From Candidatus Hecatella orcuttiae (GTDB taxonomy: Archaea; Thermoproteota; Bathyarchaeia; Hecatellales; Hecatellaceae): a stretch of DNA of 64,000 bases. Made by a program: the position numbers and the translations under genes. Below, in pieces: positions 9,148-18,661 of this stretch. The stretch lies in the NCBI GenBank assembly GCA_002011035.2, contig MTLY02000001.1, forward strand, positions 352,001 through 416,000, written 5' to 3'. Within the stretch, counting starts at the first letter, position 1. Each line of letters opens with the position of its first letter. Under the pieces are notes generated by a model. The model was not told the DNA's origin. It saw nothing but the letters and a program-made list of their open reading frames with translations, and made no database searches.

Positions 9148-10946
9148 GCGGCACACTCACCCCGCGCAGTTTTCGCCACAAACTTCTCTTCACTGCCCCA
9201 GTCCATGTAAGCCTTAGGGTCTTCCCGAGGCGAAGGCAGTTTAGCCGCTTTCTCCAGCTCCCTTCTCAGGTCCTCAGCGTTTTTAATGACCGAAGCTCCT
9301 CCCCCTCGGAGGACCCGGTCGATCCAGTTGTGAAAGTCCTCGCCCTCCGCCTTCTCAGCCTTGTAAAGCTCAAACAGCCTCACCAAAACCTCCGGAAGCT
9401 TTTTGGCGGGAACCCTCATGAAGGGCTTCCCTATCCTCGCATCCAAGCCTGTCTTCCCTCCCAACAGCATCAGATAGGCGGGGGTGAGGATGCCCTCAAT
9501 CCTCTGGGTGGACCCCACCAATCCCACCGCCCCTATGGCGTGATGACCGCAGCTGTTGGGGCAGCCGCTGAGCTTCACCGCCAAATTTTTTAGATCCCCG
9601 TCCATGTCAAGGCCAAGCTCAAGAAACTTTTTCCGAACCTCCTTGGCGACTCGATGGGAATTGGTAATGGCCAAGTTGCAGGAGGCAGTCCCCGTGCAGC
9701 CTACTACAGAGGCCACGGAGAGGGCGCCGGGGCTAGCCAAGCCTGCCTCCTTCAGCTTCCAGTAGACTTCAGGCACATTCCTCCCGGGTATCCACCGGAA
9801 AACCAGACCTTGCAGAGGCGTCACCCGAACCAAACGCTCCTCCGAGTGATTTCGAGCAACCTCAGCAACGGCTCTAACCTGCTGGGCGAGCATGTCGCCG
9901 GCGGGGGTGCTGAGGTAAACCGCGTAGTAGCCTTTCTGCTTCTGGGCTGTGACGTTGGTGGTGAACCATCTCAGGTAGGCCTCATCCTTCACCCCCTGAG
10001 CCGGGTTGAAACTTTCTTCAACCTCCTTGAGGGGTGAACTCGCCTGGGGGAGGCTGAGTCTAAAATTCGCCGGCTGGGTTACTTGGACGATGCGGCGTTC
10101 CCTCAGAACCAGTTCCTTAAACTTTTGGAAACCCATTTCCTTGACCAGATACCTCATCCGGTTTTTATGCATCTTCACCCGGTCGCCCAGCCTGTCGAAA
10201 ACTCTTATCACCGACGCCACTGTCTCGAGAAGCCGGTCTTCAGGCGTGAAATCTTCAAGAAGACCCCCCACATAGGAGGCAGGCCCTAAGCCTCCGCCCA
10301 CGTAGACCCTGAAGCCCTTTACCCTTCGACCACCGTCCTCCCGCTCCTCAGCTACAAGGCCTACATCGTTTAGGGGAGCGAGGCTGCACCATCTCCCACA
10401 TCCGGAGAAATTGATCTTGAACTTTCGGGGAAGATCCTGATTCATGGGGTTTCTCAGCAGATAGCGGGCTGTGGCTAAGGCGTAGGGGGTTACGTCGAAA
10501 GCCTCATGGGGGCAGCAGCCGGCCAGGGGACAGCAGGTCACGTTTCTGACAGTGTTCCCGCAGGCTTCCCGAGTGGTCAGACCTGCTTCAGCCAACCTCC
10601 TCAGGATTTCAGGCACATCTTCGAAGAGAAGCCAGTGGAGTTGAATGTTCTGCCTCGTCGTCAGGTGAAGGCTGCCGATGGAGAAGACTTCCGCCAAGTC
10701 GGCGAGGAGCTCCAACTGTTCGGGGGTGATGACTCCGGCTGGAAGTTTAACCCTAAGGAGGCCGAAGTCTGTTTGAAACCTTTCGCTGTAGATTCCATGC
10801 TGAAGCCGAAACCGTCTGAAATCGTCTTCTCCGAGTTTCCCCTCCCTGAAAAGCCTTAGAACGTGAGCAAACCGCTCAGCTTCCTCCGGCATCGCAAACC
10901 CTAAGCCACCCGCGGAGGCTGCATGCTCTTCTTTTCCCGGATTCAA
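9144..10946 (-). CDS. ferredoxin-dependent siroheme sulfite/nitrite reductase
   Basis: RVKLPAG, HLTTRQNIQ, REACGNTVRN, LPRKFK, CTGTASCNLA, SGCPNSCG. Confidence 0.9.
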   Translation of the reverse strand: MNPGKEEHAASAGGLGFAMPEEAERFAHVLRLFREGKLGEDDFRRFRLQHGIYSERFQTDFGLLRVKLPAGVITPEQLELLADLAEVFSIGSLHLTTRQNIQLHWLLFEDVPEILRRLAEAGLTTREACGNTVRNVTCCPLAGCCPHEAFDVTPYALATARYLLRNPMNQDLPRKFKINFSGCGRWCSLAPLNDVGLVAEEREDGGRRVKGFRVYVGGGLGPASYVGGLLEDFTPEDRLLETVASVIRVFDRLGDRVKMHKNRMRYLVKEMGFQKFKELVLRERRIVQVTQPANFRLSLPQASSPLKEVEESFNPAQGVKDEAYLRWFTTNVTAQKQKGYYAVYLSTPAGDMLAQQVRAVAEVARNHSEERLVRVTPLQGLVFRWIPGRNVPEVYWKLKEAGLASPGALSVASVVGCTGTASCNLAITNSHRVAKEVRKKFLELGLDMDGDLKNLAVKLSGCPNSCGHHAIGAVGLVGSTQRIEGILTPAYLMLLGGKTGLDARIGKPFMRVPAKKLPEVLVRLFELYKAEKAEGEDFHNWIDRVLRGGGASVIKNAEDLRRELEKAAKLPSPREDPKAYMDWGSEEKFVAKTARGECAA

Positions 10947-11239
10947 TTCACCCGCACCCCTCCTGCTGGTTGGGTTTTAGAAAGCAAAAGGTTGGACTGC
11001 GGATTTTCCAGTCTCCATCCAAAAAAGAGATTGAGCCAAAGACCCCTTAGCTTGAAGATGAAGCGGTGGTGAGAAATCTTCGTAGCCGGAGCTGGGGAAA
11101 GCAAAAGCACAGGGCTATCCTTGGCCCCGGAGGCAAACAGGGTCCCCTCTTTCCATCCGCTTCACCTATAACACTGTTATTGGTTGATTATTTAAGAATA
11201 TCGCCCAAAAACTCAGCCGGCAAGCTGAAGGCTCCGAAG

Positions 11240-12493
11240 CTAAGCCGCCAGCCTTCGGGCAGCGACCTTTGCAACAGCGTCCTCCACGAGGTCGTAGGTT
11301 TCCACAGGCTCGATTCCCGCTTCCCTCAGATACTGCTTAGGGCCGTAGCCGATCCTCAGGCAGAGTACGGCTTGACAGTCTTTGAGAAGCTCCACCGTCC
11401 GCAGGAGGCTTTCCTCCTTATCTCCGCAGAAAGACTTTCCAAAACAGTATTGGCCTACGTTTCTCTTTTCCAAAAACTCCGTCGACTGAAGAGAAGCTCG
11501 GTAGATCAGAAAGGAGTCGGCGTGGCCGAAATGCTGGTCCACGAGCCTGCCGCTCTTGGTCGCCACAGCCACCTTTATACCTCCGGCGGGAGAAAGCTCC
11601 CAGGGCTTCTTCTCCCTACGCTCCACCAGCTCTACTGTTAGGTTGTTTCCCAGGAAGCCCACAGCGTCCGATCGGCACTGCCGACAGTGGCGCATCTGTT
11701 TGATGTGAACTTCACACTGGTCTCGCAGTCTCTTCAGCTCAACCAAGCTGGGTTTGCGTAGGCCTTGAAAATCGGTTCCCTCCACTGGAATGAGAGGCAT
11801 GACATTCATCATGAAAGCCCCCCATTTCTTCACCTGCTCAGCAACTTGGGGAAGGTGGCTGCTGTTGACTTCGGGGATCATCACGGAGTTAACTTTGACG
11901 AGAATACCCTCTTCAGCCAGCTTCCTGACGCCCTCCTCTTGCTTGGAGAGCAACAGGGAGGATGCTTCCCTTCCCCAGTAGGTTTTCCCCTCGTAATGAA
12001 CCCAAGAGTAAATTTTTTCCCCCACGGAGGGCTCCACAGCGTTTACGGTGACGGTGACATGGCCTACTCCCAGCTGGAGAATCTGGGGAACCCGCTCGGG
12101 CAACAGCAGCCCGTTGGTGCTTAGGCAGAGAATCAGCTCAGGGTACGCCCTGCGCAAAAGCCTGAGAGACTCTAAAGTCTGCTCGTTGGCCAGAGGCTCC
12201 CCCGGCCCTGCCACAGCTACCACGGTAAGCTGAGGCAGAGAACTCCGAACCTCCGCAACCTTCGCTACGACTTCCTCAGGCCTCATAACCCGGCTGGTTA
12301 CGCCGGGTCGACTTTCGTTTACGCAGTCATAACGCCTATTGCAATATTTGCACTGGATGTTGCACCTTGGCGCAACAGGCAGATGCATCCTCGCATAGGT
12401 ATGGCAAGCGTAGGGGCTGTAGCATGGATGAAGCGCTATCCTATCCTCAGCCTCCCAGCCTACTTTAGGGATAGCAATCTCCCTCGAACTCAT
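11240..12493 (-). CDS. nifB: NifB-type radical SAM protein with C-terminal NifX-like domain
   Basis: All six NifB fingerprints: HPC, CNIQCKYC, ESRP, AGPG, TVTVN, CRQCRSDAVG; C-terminal VAVATKSGRLVDQHFGHA NifX-like domain. Confidence 0.9.
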   Translation of the reverse strand: MSSREIAIPKVGWEAEDRIALHPCYSPYACHTYARMHLPVAPRCNIQCKYCNRRYDCVNESRPGVTSRVMRPEEVVAKVAEVRSSLPQLTVVAVAGPGEPLANEQTLESLRLLRRAYPELILCLSTNGLLLPERVPQILQLGVGHVTVTVNAVEPSVGEKIYSWVHYEGKTYWGREASSLLLSKQEEGVRKLAEEGILVKVNSVMIPEVNSSHLPQVAEQVKKWGAFMMNVMPLIPVEGTDFQGLRKPSLVELKRLRDQCEVHIKQMRHCRQCRSDAVGFLGNNLTVELVERREKKPWELSPAGGIKVAVATKSGRLVDQHFGHADSFLIYRASLQSTEFLEKRNVGQYCFGKSFCGDKEESLLRTVELLKDCQAVLCLRIGYGPKQYLREAGIEPVETYDLVEDAVAKVAARRLAA

Positions 12494-12543
12494 GGGGAAT
12501 CAACTCGTATTGTTCCGCTTCGTAAGGCTTATTGTGAGCCTTG

Positions 12544-12588
12544 TTTTAACAAGTGTTAAAAAAGTATTTAAGTTTAACGGACGTTAAA
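12544..12588. promoter_or_regulatory. two palindromic operators TTTAAC-N4-GTTAAA flanking a TATA-like box in the nifB/HTH divergent promoter
   Basis: TTTTAAC-AAGT-GTTAAAA at 12544-12561 and TTTAAC-GGAC-GTTAAA at 12573-12588, with TATTTAAG between them. Confidence 0.7.
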
Positions 12589-12597
12589 TATTAGATC

Positions 12598-12930
12598 ATG
12601 AGACATCCCTCGGCTGACGTTGCCAGGTACCTTCTCCCGGCGGTTAATGCTCTCATAGCCCGGGAGCTTGTTGAAAAATACGGCTTAAAAAGGTCTGAGG
12701 CTGCCAAAGTCATGGAGGTCACTCCGGCGGCTGTGACCCAGTATCTGAAACTATCGCGGGGCGGGAAAATCGTGGAGCAGCTGGAGGGCTCGGAGAAAAT
12801 CATGCGCATTATTTTCTCCTTAGCTAGGCGAATGCGGACTGGAAAGGTGAACTCGGAAGGTTTCAACTTGGCAATTCGGAGGGTTTGTCGGGAGGCAAGG
12901 ACACTGGGCATAATTCCCTGCCAGCCGTAA
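12598..12930 (+). CDS. HTH transcriptional regulator (COG2522-like)
   Basis: LLPAVNALIARELVEKYGL...AAKVMEVTPAAVTQYLK..RG; two C-terminal Cys. Confidence 0.8.
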   Translation: MRHPSADVARYLLPAVNALIARELVEKYGLKRSEAAKVMEVTPAAVTQYLKLSRGGKIVEQLEGSEKIMRIIFSLARRMRTGKVNSEGFNLAIRRVCREARTLGIIPCQP

Positions 12931-13017
12931 GCTCGCAGAGTCAAAAGGCCGGTGAGTAGGTTTAAAGGAAGAACATGGTTTTCCCGCCTGAACGCAGGGT
13001 TGGGGTTGCTTTCTTCG

Positions 13018-13323
13018 CTAACCTTTAGACTGTTCTCCGCCTCTCAGCTTAGAAAGCTCCTTAGCCAAGAGTTTTAAGGTTTCTCCCTTGGAGTTGATTT
13101 TATCCATTACCACGTAGCCGGCTTCCTTCCACCAGCATCGGGGATAGCGGGCTTCATATTTGGGTTGAGGTGAAAGGTTCAGCCTGCTGGCCGCTTCCAC
13201 GATTTCCTTCAAGCTGGGAGAGGCCACGGCCATCCTTTTGGGAATCTTCCGCCCCTCGCTTCGGCTTCGGGCGATGTCAAAGTAGATGCTCCAAACCACA
13301 ACTCGGCGGTTGAGCTTTCTCAG
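13018..13323 (-). CDS. srp19: signal recognition particle protein SRP19
   Basis: WSIYFD..RSRSEGRKIP, YPRCWW; start either GTG 13299 or CTG 13323. Confidence 0.9.
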   Translation of the reverse strand: MRKLNRRVVVWSIYFDIARSRSEGRKIPKRMAVASPSLKEIVEAASRLNLSPQPKYEARYPRCWWKEAGYVVMDKINSKGETLKLLAKELSKLRGGEQSKG

Positions 13324-13369
13324 AGGCTTCTCCGTCTCCTCTGGGGTGAATCTAAGCTGGACTGCCCGT

Positions 13370-13762
13370 CTAAGCCTGCTTGGGCTTCAGCAGCACAGCG
13401 TTAAGGACTCCGTGCTGGCCAGGTCTTGAGGTAACTTTGGCCGTGCCTATCTCCGTCTCCAGAATGGTTCCCTTTGTGATGATTCCCTGCCTGTCATAGG
13501 CGACATTGGAGGGGTTGCTTATAACCCTCAGGATTTGAGCAGTTTGAGTCTTTCCAGTTTTAGGATTGGAAACCTGAACCTTGCCAGCGGCTCTCAGACG
13601 CAGCTTGTAGTTGCCTCCTCGCCCCCTTTTTGGAACCCTCAAATCCTCTCCGACCACCGTCTCAGCGGGGTAGCCGCCGCGTTCAAACTTTCGCCTACCT
13701 CGGTAGGGAGTCTTCGCGCCTCCCGTCCTCTTCCGCTTGTGGAGGTCTGAATGCCAAGCCAT
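13370..13762 (-). CDS. rps8e: 30S ribosomal protein S8e
   Basis: HKRKRTGG, IITKG, VTSRPGQHGVLNAVL. Confidence 0.97.
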   Translation of the reverse strand: MAWHSDLHKRKRTGGAKTPYRGRRKFERGGYPAETVVGEDLRVPKRGRGGNYKLRLRAAGKVQVSNPKTGKTQTAQILRVISNPSNVAYDRQGIITKGTILETEIGTAKVTSRPGQHGVLNAVLLKPKQA

Positions 13763-13968
13763 AGACGTTCCTTCCAGTTTACGGTATAAGCGAAACTACG
13801 CGTTCAGCTTAAATTTAAGCATGACTATGCGCGATGGTAGCACCTGATGCTACTTGAAATATGGCGGAGTATTTAAGCTTAGCATCGGCGGGACCTTAGC
13901 GAAAGGGGGGTAGATAGTTTTATATACGACAATAAGGGAAAAAAAGGTTCTAAGGTGAAACTATAAAA

Positions 13969-15042
13969 TTGGCTAGTGAACCACGTAGGAAGGCCCTGAA
14001 ATACGGCATCGTCGCCATTGTCGCCGCTGTGGTGGCCGGTGTGGGCGGCTACGCCGCCTGGCAGGCCGCGAGGCCAGCTCCAGCCCCAACACCTACTCCT
14101 GCTCCCGTGGAAAAACCCATTAAAGTGGCCGCCATATATGTCACACCGCTTGAAGAGCCGTGGAATACGGTTCTCCATGAATCGTTAACTTGGGCTCAAG
14201 AAAATTTGGGTATCGAATACGTCTATTCGGAAAAAGTTGACACTGCGGATGCGGAGAGGGTGGCAAGAGAATTCATCGATGCGGGTGTCGATGTACTCTT
14301 CACTCACAGCTGGGGGTACCATCCGGTGGCCATTAAGCTCGGAGAGGAGTTCCCCGATCTAGCCCTAGCTCAAGGCTCAGGCCCCACGGACATTGAATGG
14401 CCGCCGAACATTGTGCTCTACGACTATTGGATTCAGGACGCTGCATACCTTGCTGGGATGGCTGCGGGCATGATGACCAAGGGCGACCAGATAGGCGTCG
14501 TAACAGCCTACGCTGTGCCCGACGTGAACAGGCTGGTTAACGGCTACATTGCCGGCGCTAAATCGGTCAACCCCAACGTTAAGGCTTCGGTGGTATACTT
14601 GGAAAGCTGGTTTGACCCTGTCCGCGCAAAAGAAGCTGCACGCGCCATGATCGACGGTGGGGTGGACTTCATATACGCTGAACGATTTGGAGTGTTCGAA
14701 GCGATAAGAGAGGCTGACAAGGTCGGTCAAGTATACGCCTTCGGGAACATTGTGGATCAGTCACCCCTAGACCCAGAGGTTGTCCTAGCCAGCATAGTTT
14801 GGGATCTACACTCGTTCGTGGAACTCCTGGTGGAGATGGCGAAGACGAACACATGGCAAGGCGGAATTTATGATTGGGGGATGAAGGAAGGCTGGGCTAA
14901 GCTGGTGTGGAATGAAGACCTCAAGGCGAAAGTGGTACCGAAAGATGTGCTGGAGGCCATAGAAGCAAAACAGGAGGAAATGCTGAAAGGCGAATTCGCA
15001 GCGCCCATCTACGAAGACTGGGTTCCGGAACGCTGGGAATAA
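13969..15042 (+). CDS. BMP-family (nucleoside-type) ABC substrate-binding protein with Tat signal
   Basis: RRKALK Tat motif plus hydrophobic helix; BMP motifs (YLAGMAAG, SWFDP, GVDFIY). Confidence 0.85.
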   Translation: MASEPRRKALKYGIVAIVAAVVAGVGGYAAWQAARPAPAPTPTPAPVEKPIKVAAIYVTPLEEPWNTVLHESLTWAQENLGIEYVYSEKVDTADAERVAREFIDAGVDVLFTHSWGYHPVAIKLGEEFPDLALAQGSGPTDIEWPPNIVLYDYWIQDAAYLAGMAAGMMTKGDQIGVVTAYAVPDVNRLVNGYIAGAKSVNPNVKASVVYLESWFDPVRAKEAARAMIDGGVDFIYAERFGVFEAIREADKVGQVYAFGNIVDQSPLDPEVVLASIVWDLHSFVELLVEMAKTNTWQGGIYDWGMKEGWAKLVWNEDLKAKVVPKDVLEAIEAKQEEMLKGEFAAPIYEDWVPERWE

Positions 15043-15047
15043 ACCCC

Positions 15048-16574
15048 TTGACGGAGCAGCTGTCTGCCGGTTTAATCGTTTCAATGCAGGGAATAACCAA
15101 AGTCTACGAAGGGCAAGTATTAGCCTTAGAAGACGTGGATTTCGACCTTCGAAAAGGAGAGATCCACGTCCTTCTGGGGGAGAATGGAGCCGGTAAAAGT
15201 ACTTTAATGAAAATTCTAGCCGGGGCCTTAAAGCCTACTGAGGGACGGATATTCGTTAAAGGCCGTGAAGTGAGTTTCTCTTCTCCCAGAGATGCGTATA
15301 GAGAAGGCATAGGCATGGTCCACCAGCATTTCACCCTGATCCCTTCACTCAACGTGGCTGAAAACATACTTCTTGGCGATGAAAAAATGGACTTTCTCCT
15401 GCACATGCCTAAGATAGCAGACACCGTGATGAAGTTTGCAGATAGAGTTAATCTAAGCGTGGACGCGAGGACGCCCCTTCACACTCTTTCGGTTGGAGAG
15501 AAACAGAGGGTTGAGATTCTGAAGCTTCTCTATAGGGGGGCGGACATAATGATATTCGACGAGCCTACATCCGTCTTAGGAGGCCTTGAAGTGGAAAGCT
15601 TTTTTGAAACCCTCAGATCCTTGACGGCTCAAGGCTCCTCCGCCATCTTGGTAACTCACAAGATAAGCGAGGCGATGAACATAGCTGACCGCCTAACGGT
15701 GTTGAGAAAAGGAAAGAAAATTGCAACCCTCACCAAAGATGAAGCAGATGAAAGAAAACTTGTAGAGCTCATGATAGGGCCGGGCGAGGTCATACCTCCT
15801 CCTCCCAGCGCAGAGCGTAAGACAGGCTCCGTGGTCCTTAAAATTAGAGGCCTCCAAGTTTTCGACGACCTAGGAAACCTGGCAGTGAGGGGGGTGAACC
15901 TCGACCTCTTTGAAGGGGAAATCCTCGGCCTCGCAGGCGTGGAGGGTAACGGTCAAGAGGAACTCGTCGAGACGCTGGTAGGACTGAGGAAAGCGCATGG
16001 AGGAACCATAGAATATCAAGGTGCGCGGATCAGAAACCTAAAGCCCAGAGACCTCCTCGACCTAGGATGGGCCTACATTCCAGCGGATAGGTTAGGCCGG
16101 GGGGTGGCACCTGAACTCGATGTTATGCTCAACTGTTGTATGAAAAAACTGGACGAAGTGGCGGATAAATTTAAACTGATTAATCAACGCAATCTTTCTG
16201 AGCTGGCTAAAAAAGTCATTTCCATGCTGGGAGTGAAAGCTCCTTCCCAAAAGGCACCCGTCAAGTATCTTTCAGGAGGCAACATCCAGAAGCTTATTGT
16301 AGGGAGGGAGGCGCACCTGAATCCAAAGCTACTGATAGCCGAGCAGCCTACAGCCGGACTGGATGTGAAGACCACAAACCTGACCCATTCTATCCTGCTG
16401 GAGATGAGAAATAGAGGAGCTTCGGTGCTGCTGGTTTCCACCAACCTCGACGAGATACTTAAGTTGAGCGATAGAATAGCCGTAATCTATAAAGGGGAGA
16501 TCGCGGGAATCTTCTCGCCCAAGGACGATGTAGGTCTTATTGGAACATGCATGCTAAGGGGAAAACAAGGCTAA
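15048..16574 (+). CDS. ABC transporter ATP-binding protein (NupA/CUT2 type)
   Basis: GENGAGKS, GIGMVHQHF, LSGGNIQK, QPTAGLD. Confidence 0.92.
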   Translation: MTEQLSAGLIVSMQGITKVYEGQVLALEDVDFDLRKGEIHVLLGENGAGKSTLMKILAGALKPTEGRIFVKGREVSFSSPRDAYREGIGMVHQHFTLIPSLNVAENILLGDEKMDFLLHMPKIADTVMKFADRVNLSVDARTPLHTLSVGEKQRVEILKLLYRGADIMIFDEPTSVLGGLEVESFFETLRSLTAQGSSAILVTHKISEAMNIADRLTVLRKGKKIATLTKDEADERKLVELMIGPGEVIPPPPSAERKTGSVVLKIRGLQVFDDLGNLAVRGVNLDLFEGEILGLAGVEGNGQEELVETLVGLRKAHGGTIEYQGARIRNLKPRDLLDLGWAYIPADRLGRGVAPELDVMLNCCMKKLDEVADKFKLINQRNLSELAKKVISMLGVKAPSQKAPVKYLSGGNIQKLIVGREAHLNPKLLIAEQPTAGLDVKTTNLTHSILLEMRNRGASVLLVSTNLDEILKLSDRIAVIYKGEIAGIFSPKDDVGLIGTCMLRGKQG

Positions 16575-17626
16575 GTCTAAGGCAGAAACTCCTTCTGCTT
16601 AGACTGGGAACCGCCTTCATAGCAATAGTCGCAGCCCTTCTCATAGCCTCCATCCTAATAGTTTCCGCGGGAGCTAACCCCCTCAGCGCCTTCTACCACA
16701 TGTACGTCGGATCCATAGGCAGCTTTCCAGCTCTCGTTGAAACTCTTGTTCGCGCCACCCCAATAATGTTGGTAAGTCAAGGTTTGGCGGTGGCATTCAG
16801 GGCGAGGCTCTGGAACATCGGCGCCGAAGGTCAGCTTCTCATCGGCGGCACAGTGGCCGGCGCCTTGGGTCTTTACCTCCACGCTCTACCTCAACCTTTG
16901 GCGGTTCCCCTCATTCTTTTGGCTTCCGGGCTGGGGGGCGCTGTTTGGATAGTTATCCCCGCCCTCTTGAGGGCGTATTATGAGGTTAACGAAATATTCA
17001 CAACTCTCATGAGCTACTACATTGCCCTTTACTTCGTCAGTTTTCTGCTCTCAGGACCCCTGCGGGACCCTGTTGGTCTTTTTCCGGAAACGACAACCCT
17101 CCCCAAGGAGATGATGCTTCCCATCATCATCAAAGAAACTAGGTTTCACGCGGGAATACTTATTCCACTGATGATCTTCGGCCCTCTTCTCTACATGGTC
17201 ATCGGAAGGTCCACTGTAGGCGTGAAGCTTTCGATGGTAGGATGCAACCCCACCGCGGCGCAATATGCAGGAGTGGATTTAAAGAGGGTGACCGTTTTCA
17301 GCTTGCTCTTCAGCGGTTTTCTGGCAGGACTTGCCGGCGGCGTCGAAGTCCTCGGCATCCAGTCGAAGATGAGGCTTGACATTTCACCAGGCTATGGGTT
17401 TACAGGCATAGTGGTGGCTTTGCTGGGATACATGGACCCCATCGGAGTTATGGTTGCTTCGATGATCATGGGAGGCTTGATCAACGGAAGCACCACCATG
17501 CATCGGCTTGACAGGGTTCCTGTGGGAATGGCGTTCATGATCCAAGCCATGGTCGTCATCTTCGTCATGGTAGGCTATCTTCTCTACGATAGATTTTCAA
17601 GGAAGGTTGTGGGCAGAGTTGAGTGA
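16547..17626 (+). CDS. ABC permease (nucleoside type)
   Basis: WNIGAEGQ, VNEIFTTLM, GYGFTGIVVALLG. Confidence 0.9.
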   Translation: MHAKGKTRLSLRQKLLLLRLGTAFIAIVAALLIASILIVSAGANPLSAFYHMYVGSIGSFPALVETLVRATPIMLVSQGLAVAFRARLWNIGAEGQLLIGGTVAGALGLYLHALPQPLAVPLILLASGLGGAVWIVIPALLRAYYEVNEIFTTLMSYYIALYFVSFLLSGPLRDPVGLFPETTTLPKEMMLPIIIKETRFHAGILIPLMIFGPLLYMVIGRSTVGVKLSMVGCNPTAAQYAGVDLKRVTVFSLLFSGFLAGLAGGVEVLGIQSKMRLDISPGYGFTGIVVALLGYMDPIGVMVASMIMGGLINGSTTMHRLDRVPVGMAFMIQAMVVIFVMVGYLLYDRFSRKVVGRVE

Positions 17627-18566
17627 GTTCATAGACTTGCTGATTTCCGTCGGCATAGCATCCGCCATGATCAGGTTAATGACGCCTCTTTTGCTCGCAG
17701 GGGTCGGAGAACTCTTCGTTCAGAAGAGCGGTGTTTTGAATTTAGGTGTTGAAGGCATAATGCTCTTCGGAGCTTTCTTCGCTTTCATAGGCACGTTTTT
17801 CACAGGCAATGTAGGCTACGGGCTTGCGTTAGCCATAGTTGTGGGGGTGGCCATCAACCTTCTTTTCGCCTTCCTCACGGTCTCCATGGCAGTGGACCAG
17901 GTGGTGACAGGGCTTGCCATAAACATCGCTGCGATAGGGACCACCTCCTACCTTTACAGGGCTACCTTCCCTTATGCTACAGCCATCCCTGCAAAGACCG
18001 AAACCATCATAGAGGTGGAACCTATTCCGTTTCTGTCTTCCATTCCCTACATCGGCCCTGCCTTGTTCTCGCATACCGTGTTCACCTACGCTGCGCTGCT
18101 TCTTGTCCCTGTAGCTGCATTTATGATATCTCGCACCAGCTGGGGGCTGAGGGTCAAGGCGATAGGGGAAGACCCCCACGTAGCCGATCTTCTGGGCTTG
18201 AATGTGGTGAGAACCAGGTATTTTATTCTCATCATGGAAGGGGTGCTAGCCGCCCTAGCAGGCTCCATGCTTTCCATTTCACAGTATAACATGTTTCTGG
18301 ACAATATGACGCAGGGGCGGGGATACATAGTCGTAGCCCTCATAATCTTGGGAAGATGGTCCCCCATCAACTTCTTAGCTGGCTCACTTTTCTTCGCTTA
18401 CATCGACGCGCTTCAGCTGAGAATCCAAGCCGCCGGCATCACCATCATACCCTACCAGTTTGCACTCATGCTCCCCTATCTCGCATCCTTCGCCGCTTTG
18501 GCGTTGGTGGGCAGAAGGGTAAAGGGCCCAGCAAGTCTGGCAAAACCGTATAAAAAGGTTAAATGA
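17607..18566 (+). CDS. ABC permease (nucleoside type)
   Basis: KSGVLNLGVEGIM, GRGYIVVALIILGRW, MLPY. Confidence 0.9.
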   Translation: MWAELSEFIDLLISVGIASAMIRLMTPLLLAGVGELFVQKSGVLNLGVEGIMLFGAFFAFIGTFFTGNVGYGLALAIVVGVAINLLFAFLTVSMAVDQVVTGLAINIAAIGTTSYLYRATFPYATAIPAKTETIIEVEPIPFLSSIPYIGPALFSHTVFTYAALLLVPVAAFMISRTSWGLRVKAIGEDPHVADLLGLNVVRTRYFILIMEGVLAALAGSMLSISQYNMFLDNMTQGRGYIVVALIILGRWSPINFLAGSLFFAYIDALQLRIQAAGITIIPYQFALMLPYLASFAALALVGRRVKGPASLAKPYKKVK

Positions 18567-18661
18567 ACACCCGTAATCCGGGTTGAAGCTTCAGCCTGAA
18601 GAATTGCAGAAACCCTGCGCGGCATTCAGGCTTTGAATTAAAATTAAATTTGAACGGAGTT

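Noticed and set aside
11066-11641. 191-aa plus-strand ORF and similar shadow ORFs (4345..4869, 5470..6033, 19001..19495)
   Set aside because: Antisense to well-supported genes and no recognisable motifs
11240-12493. Evidence for nitrogen fixation
   Set aside because: No nifH/D/K/E/N in the window; nifB alone is insufficient
13810-13860. Possible C/D-box sRNA (ATGA...CTGA with a small hairpin)
   Set aside because: No convincing C box or second C'/D' pair
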